Shown here: positions 56,186 to 64,000 of the stretch, in pieces
Layout: each line of letters starts with the position of its first letter
Numbering within the stretch: position 1 is the first letter of the stretch
NCBI GenBank assembly: GCA_036504335.1
Contig: DASXVJ010000017.1
Location: 17,179-81,178 of the forward strand
From: Thermoanaerobaculia bacterium
GTDB lineage: Bacteria > Acidobacteriota > Thermoanaerobaculia > UBA5066
Direction of reading: 5' to 3'
Length of the DNA: 64,000 bases
Notes under the pieces: generated by a model
What the model was told of the DNA's origin: nothing
Databases searched by the model: none
What the model saw: the letters and a program-made list of their open reading frames with translations, nothing else
Made by a program: the position numbers and the translations under genes

Positions 56186-58103
56186 TGGGGCGGCGCAGCG
56201 TATCCACGGCTTCCGCGAGGGCCGGAGGGACCTCGGGAGACTCCTCCGCGGTCTCGCGCGGGATCGGGTCGCCTTCGCCCGGAGCGAGGAAGAGGTTGCT
56301 CTCGAGGCCGTGCTGCTTCGTGTACATGTCCCAGTAACGCCCGCGGGCTGCGAACAGCGTCTCGTGCGTGCCGTGCTCGACGATCAGGCCGTTCTCGACG
56401 ACGAGGATCTGGTCCGCGCGGCGGATCGTCGACAGCCGGTGGGCGATCACGAACGTCGTGCGGCCCTTCATGAGATACGAGAGCCCCTGCTGGATGAGGG
56501 CCTCGGACTCCGAGTCGAGGCTCGACGTCGCCTCGTCGAGGATCAGGATGCGCGGGTCCGCGAGGATCGCCCTCGCGATCGAGACGCGCTGGCGCTGGCC
56601 TCCGGAGAGCTTGACGCCGCGCTCGCCGACGATCGTGTCGTATTTCTTCTCGAAGCTCTCCGCGAATTCGTCCACGCGCGCGATCCGGCAGGCCTCGAGG
56701 ATCGTCTCCTCCGGTGCGTCGGGACGGGAGAAGGCGACGTTCTCGCGGATCGTGCCGTCGAAGAGGAACGTCTCCTGCAGAACGACGCCGAGCGCCGTCC
56801 GGTACGAATCCAGCCGCACGGCCGAGAGGTCGACCCCGTCCACGAGGACGCGGCCGCCCGTCGGGCCGTGGAACGCGGCGACGAGGCCGATGATCGTGGA
56901 CTTGCCCGAGCCGGAAGGGCCGACGAGCGCCGTCACCGTGCCGGGCGCCGCGCGGAACGAGATCCCGTGGAGGACCTCCTTTCCTTCGTCGTAGGAGAAA
57001 CGCACGTCCTCGAACACGAGGTCGCCCGCGAGGGACGGCAGCGAGACGGTTCGCTTCGGGTCGGCGTCCTCCGGGCTCTCCGCCAGGATCTCGCGCGTCC
57101 GCTCGAGGCCGGCGAGGGCCTCCGTGAGCTGCGTGCCGATGGCGACGATCTGGAAGATCGGGGCGACGAGGAAGCCGAGGAAGACCGTGTACGTGAAGAA
57201 GCCGCCCAGTGTGAGCGTCCCGGCGAGGATCTGCTTCGTGCCCACGAACATCACGACCGCGCCCACGATCCCGAGGAGGACGGTCGAGGAGAGGCTCATG
57301 ACGCTCGTCGAGGTCAGCGTCTTCAGGACGTTGTCGAGGAGGCGCTGCACGCCGGTCGAGAACGTCTTCTCCTCGCGCTCTTCGGCGTGGTAGCCCTTCA
57401 CGACCCGGACGCCGCCGAGGGATTCGGAGAGCCGGCCCGCGACCTCCGCGTGGAGCTTCGCGCGCTCGCGAAAGATCGGCCGGATCGTCCCGAACGCCCT
57501 GTTCAGCACGACGCCGAACCCCACCAGGAACGCGAAGGCCATGAGGGTCATCGTCGCGCTGATCTTGAAGAGGACGACGAGCGCGATCGCGGCCGTGAGG
57601 AGACCGCCGGCGAATTCGACGAGGCCCGTCCCGATGAGGTTCCGCACGCCCTCGACGTCGCTCATGATCCGCGAGACGAGCGCGCCGGTCTTGTTCGCGT
57701 CGAAATACGCGACGGGCAGCCGCCCGACGTGCGCCTGTACCTTGCGGCGCAGCTCGGCAATGAGGCGCTGCGCGGCCTTGGACAGGACCTGGGTCAGGGA
57801 GAACGACGTCACGCCCTGGATCAGCGTCGCCGTGACGACCGCGCCGAGGAGCGGCAGCAGCATCTCCGTGTGTCGCTTGCCGATCACGTCGTCGATGAGG
57901 TACTTCGTGGACGCCGGCAGCACGAGCCCCGACACGCGGTTGACCGCCATCAGGACCATCCCGAGCGCGAGGATTCCCTTGCGCGGCGCGACGAGCGCCT
58001 TGATGTCCGGCAGCAGCGCCACGAGCCGCTGCGACTTCGGCGGTTTCGGCCCCTCGTTCCGCAGCTTGCCGCCCGCGCGCTCGGGATTCGGGAGGCGGCC
58101 CAT
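56178..58103 (-). CDS. ABC exporter, fused TMD-NBD (MsbA/lipid-linked glycan exporter-like).
   Basis: 6-TM domain followed by Walker [38 protein letters not shown]. Start at ATG 58103; the upstream 254 codons of the ORF are R/G-rich junk. Confidence 0.85.
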   Translation of the reverse strand: MGRLPNPERAGGKLRNEGPKPPKSQRLVALLPDIKALVAPRKGILALGMVLMAVNRVSGLVLPASTKYLIDDVIGKRHTEMLLPLLGAVVTATLIQGVTSFSLTQVLSKAAQRLIAELRRKVQAHVGRLPVAYFDANKTGALVSRIMSDVEGVRNLIGTGLVEFAGGLLTAAIALVVLFKISATMTLMAFAFLVGFGVVLNRAFGTIRPIFRERAKLHAEVAGRLSESLGGVRVVKGYHAEEREEKTFSTGVQRLLDNVLKTLTSTSVMSLSSTVLLGIVGAVVMFVGTKQILAGTLTLGGFFTYTVFLGFLVAPIFQIVAIGTQLTEALAGLERTREILAESPEDADPKRTVSLPSLAGDLVFEDVRFSYDEGKEVLHGISFRAAPGTVTALVGPSGSGKSTIIGLVAAFHGPTGGRVLVDGVDLSAVRLDSYRTALGVVLQETFLFDGTIRENVAFSRPDAPEETILEACRIARVDEFAESFEKKYDTIVGERGVKLSGGQRQRVSIARAILADPRILILDEATSSLDSESEALIQQGLSYLMKGRTTFVIAHRLSTIRRADQILVVENGLIVEHGTHETLFAARGRYWDMYTKQHGLESNLFLAPGEGDPIPRETAEESPEVPPALAEAVDTLRRPNG

Positions 58104-58111
58104 CGGGCTCT

Positions 58112-59254
58112 TTATCGCGGCCACGCGGCCTCTTCTTCCGTGAACGATATGCCCCGCGCCGCGAGGCCCGAGACGAACGCGTCCCAGAGCTTCACGTCGC
58201 GGCCGAGGTTCTCGGGCGGGTGGACGCCGGGCGTCCGGAAAGCGCCCGAGGCGAGGAGATGCGCACCGATCACGCAGGGATACCCCGTCGTGCGCGCCAT
58301 CGACGTGGCCCCGGTCCTCGGGTCCGTCCGGTCGAAGAGGCCGTGAACGAGGCGGAAACCGGCACTCCCACGCGATCCGTGCGACACGACCCGCAGCACC
58401 GTGAACTCCTCCTCGCCGGGTTTCCTCTTCCACTGCGGGAAGATGAGCGCCTCGGCGACGGCCCGCGGCGCGACACGGACGCCCCCGGCCTCGACGGGCG
58501 TCTCGGAGAAGAATCCGGCCTCTCTGAGGAAGCGCGCCTTCTCCGCGTGGCCGGGCCAGCGCAGCGTCCGCTCGCAGAGGTTCTTCGCCTTCACGGTCGT
58601 CAGGACCGTGCGCAGGCCGTCGCTCAGGAACCCCTCGAGCGTGCCCGTTCCCGGCGCCTCGAACGGCTCGACGTCGGAGAGCGCCGGCTTCGTGACGACG
58701 CGCCCGTCCACGACGAGGCGGGCGGGGCGCGTGTACTCCTCGAGGACGTCCGTCGGCGAGAAGACCGCGCAGTACTCCCACGGCGGGACGCGCTTGACCG
58801 GGAGGCCGCCGACGGAGATCACGACGGAGTCGAGGACGTCGAAGCGCGCGGCGGCGCGGCCGCACGCGAGGTTCGAGAGGCCGGGCGAGACGCCGCAGTC
58901 CACGATCGCGGCGACGCCTTTCGCCTTCGCGAGCGCGTCGAGGACGAGCGGATCCTCCGGGGCGAACGAGATGTCCGAGACCGGCTTGCCGCAGTCGAGG
59001 ACCGTCTTCAGCATCGCGTGGCCGAGGAAGCCCGGCACCGCGCCGACGACGACGTCCGCGCCCGCGACGGCCTGCGCGAGGGCGGATGCGCTGGAAAGAT
59101 CCGCACGCTTCGTCGCGAGGCGCGGGATTCCCGCGAGCGCGCCGAGCGCGGCCTCGCTGAAGTCGAGGGCGGTCACGTCGAAACCGTCCTCCGCGAGCGT
59201 CCGCGCCACGAATCCGCCGACGAGCCCGGCTCCGAGGACGGCGATCTTCCCCAT
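58112..59254 (-). CDS. Saccharopine-dehydrogenase-family NAD(P)-dependent oxidoreductase.
   Basis: MGKIAVLGAGLVGGFVA Rossmann motif; Sacchrp_dh N- and C-terminal regions; start at internal ATG. Confidence 0.75.
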   Translation of the reverse strand: MGKIAVLGAGLVGGFVARTLAEDGFDVTALDFSEAALGALAGIPRLATKRADLSSASALAQAVAGADVVVGAVPGFLGHAMLKTVLDCGKPVSDISFAPEDPLVLDALAKAKGVAAIVDCGVSPGLSNLACGRAAARFDVLDSVVISVGGLPVKRVPPWEYCAVFSPTDVLEEYTRPARLVVDGRVVTKPALSDVEPFEAPGTGTLEGFLSDGLRTVLTTVKAKNLCERTLRWPGHAEKARFLREAGFFSETPVEAGGVRVAPRAVAEALIFPQWKRKPGEEEFTVLRVVSHGSRGSAGFRLVHGLFDRTDPRTGATSMARTTGYPCVIGAHLLASGAFRTPGVHPPENLGRDVKLWDAFVSGLAARGISFTEEEAAWPR

Positions 59255-59262
59255 GCGGGCGC

Positions 59263-59709
59263 CTACTTCCTTCCGACGAGGAACATGCCGGCGACGATCA
59301 GGAGCGTGCCGAGCCAGCGGTTCGAGCCCACGGACTCGCCGAGCACGAGGGCCGACGCGGCGAGGAGAAACACGAAGTAGAGCGCCGAGATGACGGGCGC
59401 CGCGAAGCTGATCTCGAACCGCGACAGGGCCGTCAGCCAGACGAGGTTCGTCAGCGCTCCGAGAGCGTACCCCGCGAGGATGAGCGGGGTCGTGAAGATC
59501 CGGCGGATCAGGATCGTGAAACCCTCGACGCTCACGCTGATCGGCCCGCCCTGCGTGACGCCCGCCTTGAGGAACAGCTGGTTCGCACAACTCATCGCCG
59601 CGACCGCCGCGAGGAGCAGCAGGTGCGCGCCGTAGCGGGAAAAGACGTCGCCGTACCTCACCGTTCCCCTCCTCCGTCCGCCGAACGCGGCCCGGCGCCA
59701 TCTTGCCAC
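59263..59709 (-). CDS. SMR/EamA-like 4-TM small membrane protein (ArnE/ArnF-type flippase subunit-like).
   Basis: Four TM helices, ~110-aa core similar to ArnE/ArnF; start uncertain (probably the internal GTG/ATG near MSCANQLFLKAG). Confidence 0.5.
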   Translation of the reverse strand: MARWRRAAFGGRRRGTVRYGDVFSRYGAHLLLLAAVAAMSCANQLFLKAGVTQGGPISVSVEGFTILIRRIFTTPLILAGYALGALTNLVWLTALSRFEISFAAPVISALYFVFLLAASALVLGESVGSNRWLGTLLIVAGMFLVGRK

Positions 59710-59722
59710 GCGCCCCCCGGCT

Positions 59723-60628
59723 TCATGGCCGACCGGGCTTCGTGAGCAGGAGATTCATCCAGTTCTGCGTGCGTGCGCGGCAGGTCTCGAGGATCTCGGC
59801 TGGCCCCAGCGTGCGGCGCGTGGATTCGGGCGTCTCGATGTCCTCGAATCGGAAGCCGAGGCCCTCGAGCACCGCCAGCAGACGCCCCGCGTCAGCCTGC
59901 GCCCGCTCGAGAGCCTCCGGCCAGATCTCGAGAAACAGCGTGACGTTCGGAAGCCCGAGCAGCCGCTGCGCACCTGCCACGACGAGCGCCTCGGCGCCCT
60001 GTACGTCCACCTTCACGAGAACTCCCGCCTCGAACGTGAGGGCTTCGTCCGCGAACCGGTCGAGGAAGACCGCTTCGACGTCCACCGAGCGGCCGGACGA
60101 CGTGCGGACCGAGCCCGCCTCGAGGGAATGCGCCCCGAAGTTGGCGTCGTCGAGGTGCAGACGCAGGACGCCTGCCCGGTCCGAGACGGCCGCATTGATG
60201 AGCCGGACGTTCGCGAACCCGTTTTCGGCCGCGTTTCGGGTCAGGAGCGCGAAATTGTGCGGCTCCGGCTCGAAGGCCCAGACGCGACCCGAAGATCCGA
60301 CCGCCCGCGCCGCGAGGAGCGTGTAGTAGCCGATGTTCGCCCCGACGTCGAAGACACACATGCCTTCCCGCAGGTGCGCGAGGAACGCGGCGGTCTCCGA
60401 CGGTTCCCAGACGCCCTCGCCGAGAAGGTGGGTCGCAATGACGCGGTCGCGGGTATCCACCCACATGGGAAGCCCGTTCGCGACGACGCGGCGCTCGCCA
60501 CCCGGAAAGACGAAGCGGTGAACCAGCGCGTAGGTCTGGCGGGCGCCGGGGACGCGCGCAAATCCCCCACGGTTGAGCACGGCCACCGCACGCGAAAACG
60601 CGCGCTGGAATCCCGTTCCCATCGTCAT
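59723..60628 (-). CDS. FkbM-family methyltransferase.
   Basis: VFDVGANIGYYTLLAA...RVWAFEPEPHNFALLTRN FkbM signature; ATG 60628. Confidence 0.75.
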   Translation of the reverse strand: MTMGTGFQRAFSRAVAVLNRGGFARVPGARQTYALVHRFVFPGGERRVVANGLPMWVDTRDRVIATHLLGEGVWEPSETAAFLAHLREGMCVFDVGANIGYYTLLAARAVGSSGRVWAFEPEPHNFALLTRNAAENGFANVRLINAAVSDRAGVLRLHLDDANFGAHSLEAGSVRTSSGRSVDVEAVFLDRFADEALTFEAGVLVKVDVQGAEALVVAGAQRLLGLPNVTLFLEIWPEALERAQADAGRLLAVLEGLGFRFEDIETPESTRRTLGPAEILETCRARTQNWMNLLLTKPGRP

Positions 60629-61689
60629 GCGAGCTCCCCGTAGACGGCGTCGTGGGCTCGGACGCAGGTCTCGAGCGTGAGCTGACCCGCTCTCCGGAGA
60701 CCCGCATCGACGAGCCCGGCCGGGTTCCGGAGCACGTCCTCGATCCCGCTCGCGACGTCGGCGGCGGAGAGGGGGTCCACGTACCGCGCCGCCTCGCCGC
60801 AGACCTCCGGAAGCGAGGTTCCGCGCGACACGACGACGGGACACCCGCAGGCCATCGCCTCGACCGGCGGAAGCCCGAAGCCCTCCCAGAGGCTCGGGAA
60901 CACCAATACGGACGCCGTCTGATAGAGGTTGACGAGCTCGGCGTCGCTCACGAGCCCGCGGCTGACGACCCCGTCCGGGAGCGCCCGGCCGGCATGGCCG
61001 GCCCCGGTCAGCACGAGCGTGAGATCCGGCCGGCGCGCACGCACGCGGGCAAACGCCTCGAAGAGGCGCGCGTGGTTCTTATGCGGCCAGAAATTCGCCG
61101 GATAGAGGAGGAAGGGCTCCCGTGGTGCGGAGCCCGGGCGGAACCGTTCGGGATCCACGCCGTGCGGGATGATGCGAATCTTCTCCGCGGGAACTCCGAG
61201 GTGGCGCACGAGCGAGTCGGCACTGAACGCGCTCATCGTGACGACGATGCGTGCCGCGTTCGCCGTCCGCGCGTACATCCAGGTCCGGTAGGCGCGCTCC
61301 GGCCGCGAGAAGAACTCCGGATGCACCTCGTGCTGGACGTCCGGAATACTCACCGCCGACGGGATTCCGGGGCTGTAGGGAATCATGCCCACGAGCGGGA
61401 AGTGAAGTGCGTCGACGCCGCCCGCCAGCATCTCGCAGACGACCGGGCGCGGCCGTGCGATCGCGCGCGCCATCGCGAGAGCCCGGCCCGGAAGCGTCCG
61501 GGCGCCGGGATACCCTTCGATCACGCGCGCGGGCAGTCCTCCGCCCGCGTCCGGCGCGATGCCGGGAAGAAGGGCGACGTAGTCGCGCGAGCCCCACCGC
61601 GCGAGGCCCCGGCAGAGGTCCCGGGCGTAGCGCTCGGACCCTGCGCCCGACGCGCCCGGGACGAGCGTGAGGAGGCTGAGCCCGATCAC
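60625..61689 (-). CDS. GT1 (GT-B fold, GT4-like) glycosyltransferase.
   Basis: C-terminal EGFGLPPVEAMACGCPVVVS motif; GTG start 61689 overlapping the upstream stop (GTGA). Confidence 0.75.
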   Translation of the reverse strand: MIGLSLLTLVPGASGAGSERYARDLCRGLARWGSRDYVALLPGIAPDAGGGLPARVIEGYPGARTLPGRALAMARAIARPRPVVCEMLAGGVDALHFPLVGMIPYSPGIPSAVSIPDVQHEVHPEFFSRPERAYRTWMYARTANAARIVVTMSAFSADSLVRHLGVPAEKIRIIPHGVDPERFRPGSAPREPFLLYPANFWPHKNHARLFEAFARVRARRPDLTLVLTGAGHAGRALPDGVVSRGLVSDAELVNLYQTASVLVFPSLWEGFGLPPVEAMACGCPVVVSRGTSLPEVCGEAARYVDPLSAADVASGIEDVLRNPAGLVDAGLRRAGQLTLETCVRAHDAVYGELA

Positions 61690-62408
61690 GCCGGCCGCCT
61701 GACGAAGAGCTTGTCGGCCTCGATCGGAAGGCCTCCCTCTTCGAGCTCGTTGAGCGTCGCGGCCTCGTCGAAGCCGCGCGCCGCGAGGAGGGCTCGGAGA
61801 CTCTCGTACGAGCCGGACGGGCCGTAGCTCACCTCGAGAAGCAGCGCGGCGCACCGCGGCCAGAGAGCGCCCATGCCCTCGAGCGCCTCGGCCTCGGCCC
61901 CCTGGAGGTCCAGCTTCACGAGGATCCGGTCGCCCGTCACGCCGATTCCGTCGAGGCGCACGGTCTCGACGTCCCACCACGGACGATCCGCGGCGGCCTC
62001 GACGGCGACGCTGCACGACGTCGTCGCGTCGGTGGGCTGCGTCAGGCGGAGGCGTCCGGGGGCCTTCCACAAGGCGGCCTCCACGACGCGAAATCCCTGC
62101 CGGCGCAGGATCGCGGCCGACGGCGGATGAGGCTCGACGCACACCAGTGGAAGACCCGGACACGAGGCGCGCGCGGCGAGCGCAAACTCTCCGACGGACG
62201 CGCCGCCGTCCACGATGGAGTCGAATCCGCCCGTCCGCAGAAGATGCCGGAGGCGCGCGTGCCGGAGAAAGACCTTCGAGAGCCTCGCGAGGAGGCCGGC
62301 GAGCGGCCCGACGCGGAACACGGCTCCGATCCCGGCAAGTCCGAACCGGTAGACCGCGAGCTGGCGCCGCGAGTGCGACCCCGCGCCGGCGGCGGGCCGC
62401 GCCGTCAA
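61686..62408 (-). CDS. FkbM-family methyltransferase (second copy).
   Basis: SIVDGGASVGEFALAARA...VCVEPHPPSAAILR FkbM pattern; TTG start overlapping the stop of the upstream GT1 (TTGA). Confidence 0.65.
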   Translation of the reverse strand: MTARPAAGAGSHSRRQLAVYRFGLAGIGAVFRVGPLAGLLARLSKVFLRHARLRHLLRTGGFDSIVDGGASVGEFALAARASCPGLPLVCVEPHPPSAAILRRQGFRVVEAALWKAPGRLRLTQPTDATTSCSVAVEAAADRPWWDVETVRLDGIGVTGDRILVKLDLQGAEAEALEGMGALWPRCAALLLEVSYGPSGSYESLRALLAARGFDEAATLNELEEGGLPIEADKLFVRRPA

Positions 62409-63460
62409 GCCGCTCCCCGGGCCAGGCCGCTCACGAGCCCGACGAGGTCCGGAAGATGGCGGCGGTAGTCGGTGGCCTCGGCCGCCGCTTTCTCCTTCTC
62501 CATTGCTCCCGCGAGACCGGAGAAGAGCACCGTGCGCCCCGTCGCCCGTGCGTTCCAGAATTTCGACGGAAACACGGCCTTCGTGAGCTCCGGATGGGCC
62601 GCGACGAGATGCACCTCGGCGTCCCAGTACGCGCGGACGAGGTCCGACGGCTTCTTCAGGGCAGGCCCCGCGCGGATCCAGTCGGGCAGCCGCGCCAACC
62701 CGGGGCCGTCCCCCTGCACCGTGATCTCGAATCCCTCGCCGCGCAGCCTCTCGCACAGCGCGAGAAAGCTCGGGAGATGGTGCCCCCACCCGAGGTTTCC
62801 CGAGTAGAGCGCGGTGCGCGGGCGAAACGGCCGGGCTGCCCCGAGGTCGAGGGTCGGCCAGTTCCGGATGACCCGCGCATTCGCGCCATCGTAGCCGAGG
62901 TTTCCCGCAGCCTTGACGACCAGATCCCACCGGGCGAGACGCCCCTCCCAGGCCGCCGAGAAGCGCCGGCGAAGCGGAAGCGGGAAGTCGACGACGCCGC
63001 GGATCAGCTCCGGGTAGAAGTCCTGGAGCCAGTAGACGCCGCGCGCGCCCCTCGCGTGGATCTGGCGGATCAGCCCGATCGTCGTCGGCGGGGCGCTCGT
63101 GACGACGACGACGTCGCCGGGCGATACCGACCGCTCGATCTCCGCCGCGAAAGCGCCCCGGACCGATTCGTATTCGAGGGCCGTCGAAATCAGGCGTCCC
63201 CGCTTCCCTTCGCGGTGCGCCACGCGCTCGATGGCCGTCGCCGGGGCCGGCCGCTCGCCGGCGCGGTAGGTGCCCGTCCCTCCCACGAGCCGGACGCGGA
63301 CGAAGGATGCCGCGAGCGCGTCCGCGAGCTGTTCGGCGTAGAGGCCGGTCGGAGCGTCGTCCGGCCACAGGTACTGCGACAGGACGTGGACGACTCCGGG
63401 CCGCGGCGCCGGAGGGGGCTCCGGCTTCATCTCCGGAAGTTGCGCAGCTTGATCTGCCAT
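62405..63460 (-). CDS. GT1-like (GT-B fold) glycosyltransferase.
   Basis: 351 aa; N-terminal VVHVLSQYLWPDDAPTGLYAEQLADAL..., C-terminal nucleotide-sugar binding half; ATG at 63460. Confidence 0.7.
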   Translation of the reverse strand: MADQAAQLPEMKPEPPPAPRPGVVHVLSQYLWPDDAPTGLYAEQLADALAASFVRVRLVGGTGTYRAGERPAPATAIERVAHREGKRGRLISTALEYESVRGAFAAEIERSVSPGDVVVVTSAPPTTIGLIRQIHARGARGVYWLQDFYPELIRGVVDFPLPLRRRFSAAWEGRLARWDLVVKAAGNLGYDGANARVIRNWPTLDLGAARPFRPRTALYSGNLGWGHHLPSFLALCERLRGEGFEITVQGDGPGLARLPDWIRAGPALKKPSDLVRAYWDAEVHLVAAHPELTKAVFPSKFWNARATGRTVLFSGLAGAMEKEKAAAEATDYRRHLPDLVGLVSGLARGAA

Positions 63461-64000
63461 TCCTCGCGGCGGTGGCGGAGTCCGGACTCCAGCATCACGC
63501 CCGTGAGCAGCGAGAAGAGCGCGAGGTTCATGAGGGCCGCCGCGAGGATCGCAAGGGGAAAGCGTCCGACGAGGTGCGTCTGGAAGTACTCGGTGACGGG
63601 CAGGTAACCCGCCGCGAGCCCCGCCGTGAAGAACAGGGCGGACACCATCGCGAAGAACTCGAACGGGCGGTAGTCGCGGAACAGAACCACGATGAGGCGC
63701 AGGATCCGGATTCCGTCGCGCACCGTCCGGAGCTTCGAGGAGGTTCCCTCGGCGCGCTCACGGAACGGGATCGGCGCCTCCGCCACGCGGAAACCCTTCT
63801 CGACCGCCTGGATCGTGAGCTCCGTCTCGAGCTCGAAGCCGCGGAACAGGATCGGAACGTTCTTGTAGAAGCGCCGCGTGAAGAGCCTCAGCCCCGAGAA
63901 GAGGTCGCCGGGCGCATACCCGAAAACGAGTCGCATCGCCCCGTGGAACAGGGCCGAACCTCCGCGATGGAAGCGGCGGAACACGGCGGGCTGGGCCTCC
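63427..64000 (-). CDS. GT2 polyprenyl-phosphate glycosyltransferase, 3' portion only (5' end beyond window).
   Basis: C-terminal half of a DPM1/ArnC/GtrB-type GT2 with two C-terminal TM helices (FRRF..G..LF...RL.TRRFY...). The frame remains open to nt 64000. Confidence 0.6.
   Translation of the reverse strand, partial: EAQPAVFRRFHRGGSALFHGAMRLVFGYAPGDLFSGLRLFTRRFYKNVPILFRGFELETELTIQAVEKGFRVAEAPIPFRERAEGTSSKLRTVRDGIRILRLIVVLFRDYRPFEFFAMVSALFFTAGLAAGYLPVTEYFQTHLVGRFPLAILAAALMNLALFSLLTGVMLESGLRHRREEWQIKLRNFRR

Overview
This 64 kb window is ~70 % GC bacterial chromosomal DNA from a diderm organism; I cannot assign a taxon. Many Sec/Tat signal peptides, an outer-membrane porin and periplasmic binding proteins point to a diderm cell envelope. 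The window is densely coding and contains no rRNA, tRNA or CRISPR array.

Housekeeping genes are present throughout (lpdA, serA, rpiB, bfr/bfd, an ABC-F ATPase, an acyl-CoA synthetase, the sulfate ABC transporter sbp-cysTW-cysA, an RRM RNA-binding protein). Three features stand out:

1. Envelope glycosylation. There are two Arn-like clusters (2.3-12 kb and 54.6-64 kb). Between them they carry five GT-C fold membrane glycosyltransferases (three of them clear paralogs), a DegT/ArnB-like aminotransferase, an ArnC-like GT2, an ArnE/F-like SMR flippase, an MsbA-like ABC exporter, two FkbM methyltransferases and two GT1s. Many of these genes are chained by 4-nt ATGA/GTGA/TTGA overlaps.

2. An iron/flavin operon (28.7-32.9 kb) of six translationally coupled genes: apbE, a porin-like outer-membrane barrel, an FMN-binding protein, a 4-TM His-rich membrane protein, bfd and bfr.

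3. A bufferin/HvfA-like RiPP operon (41.16-43.2 kb). It encodes a Tat-type-signal precursor with 12 Cys in four NxCKGxGGC repeats, a DUF692 multinuclear-iron oxidase (MNIO) and a DUF2063 partner. A periplasmic thioredoxin/CDGSH gene pair lies convergent to it.

The most unusual signal is a family of at least nine copies of a 100-200 bp palindromic, MITE-like element that is AT-richer (~50 % GC) than the host genome.
- Structure: polypurine head, terminal inverted repeats ATTTCTTTGAAGGTAAGAGGGGC / GCCCCTCTTACCTTCAAAGAAATC, a variable GC-rich core, and a polypyrimidine tail.
- Almost every copy sits inside a coding sequence in frame, as in Rickettsia palindromic elements (RPEs).
- Several copies supply the start codon, ribosome-binding site and/or a signal-peptide-like hydrophobic segment to the host gene (Sbp, the FMN-binding protein, the phosphoesterase). 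Others add loops or transmembrane-like segments to DUF1015, the GT-C transferases, ApbE and a methyltransferase.

Because of the high GC content, many long ORFs in the six-frame track are spurious (R/G/P/A-rich, antisense to real genes) and were rejected.
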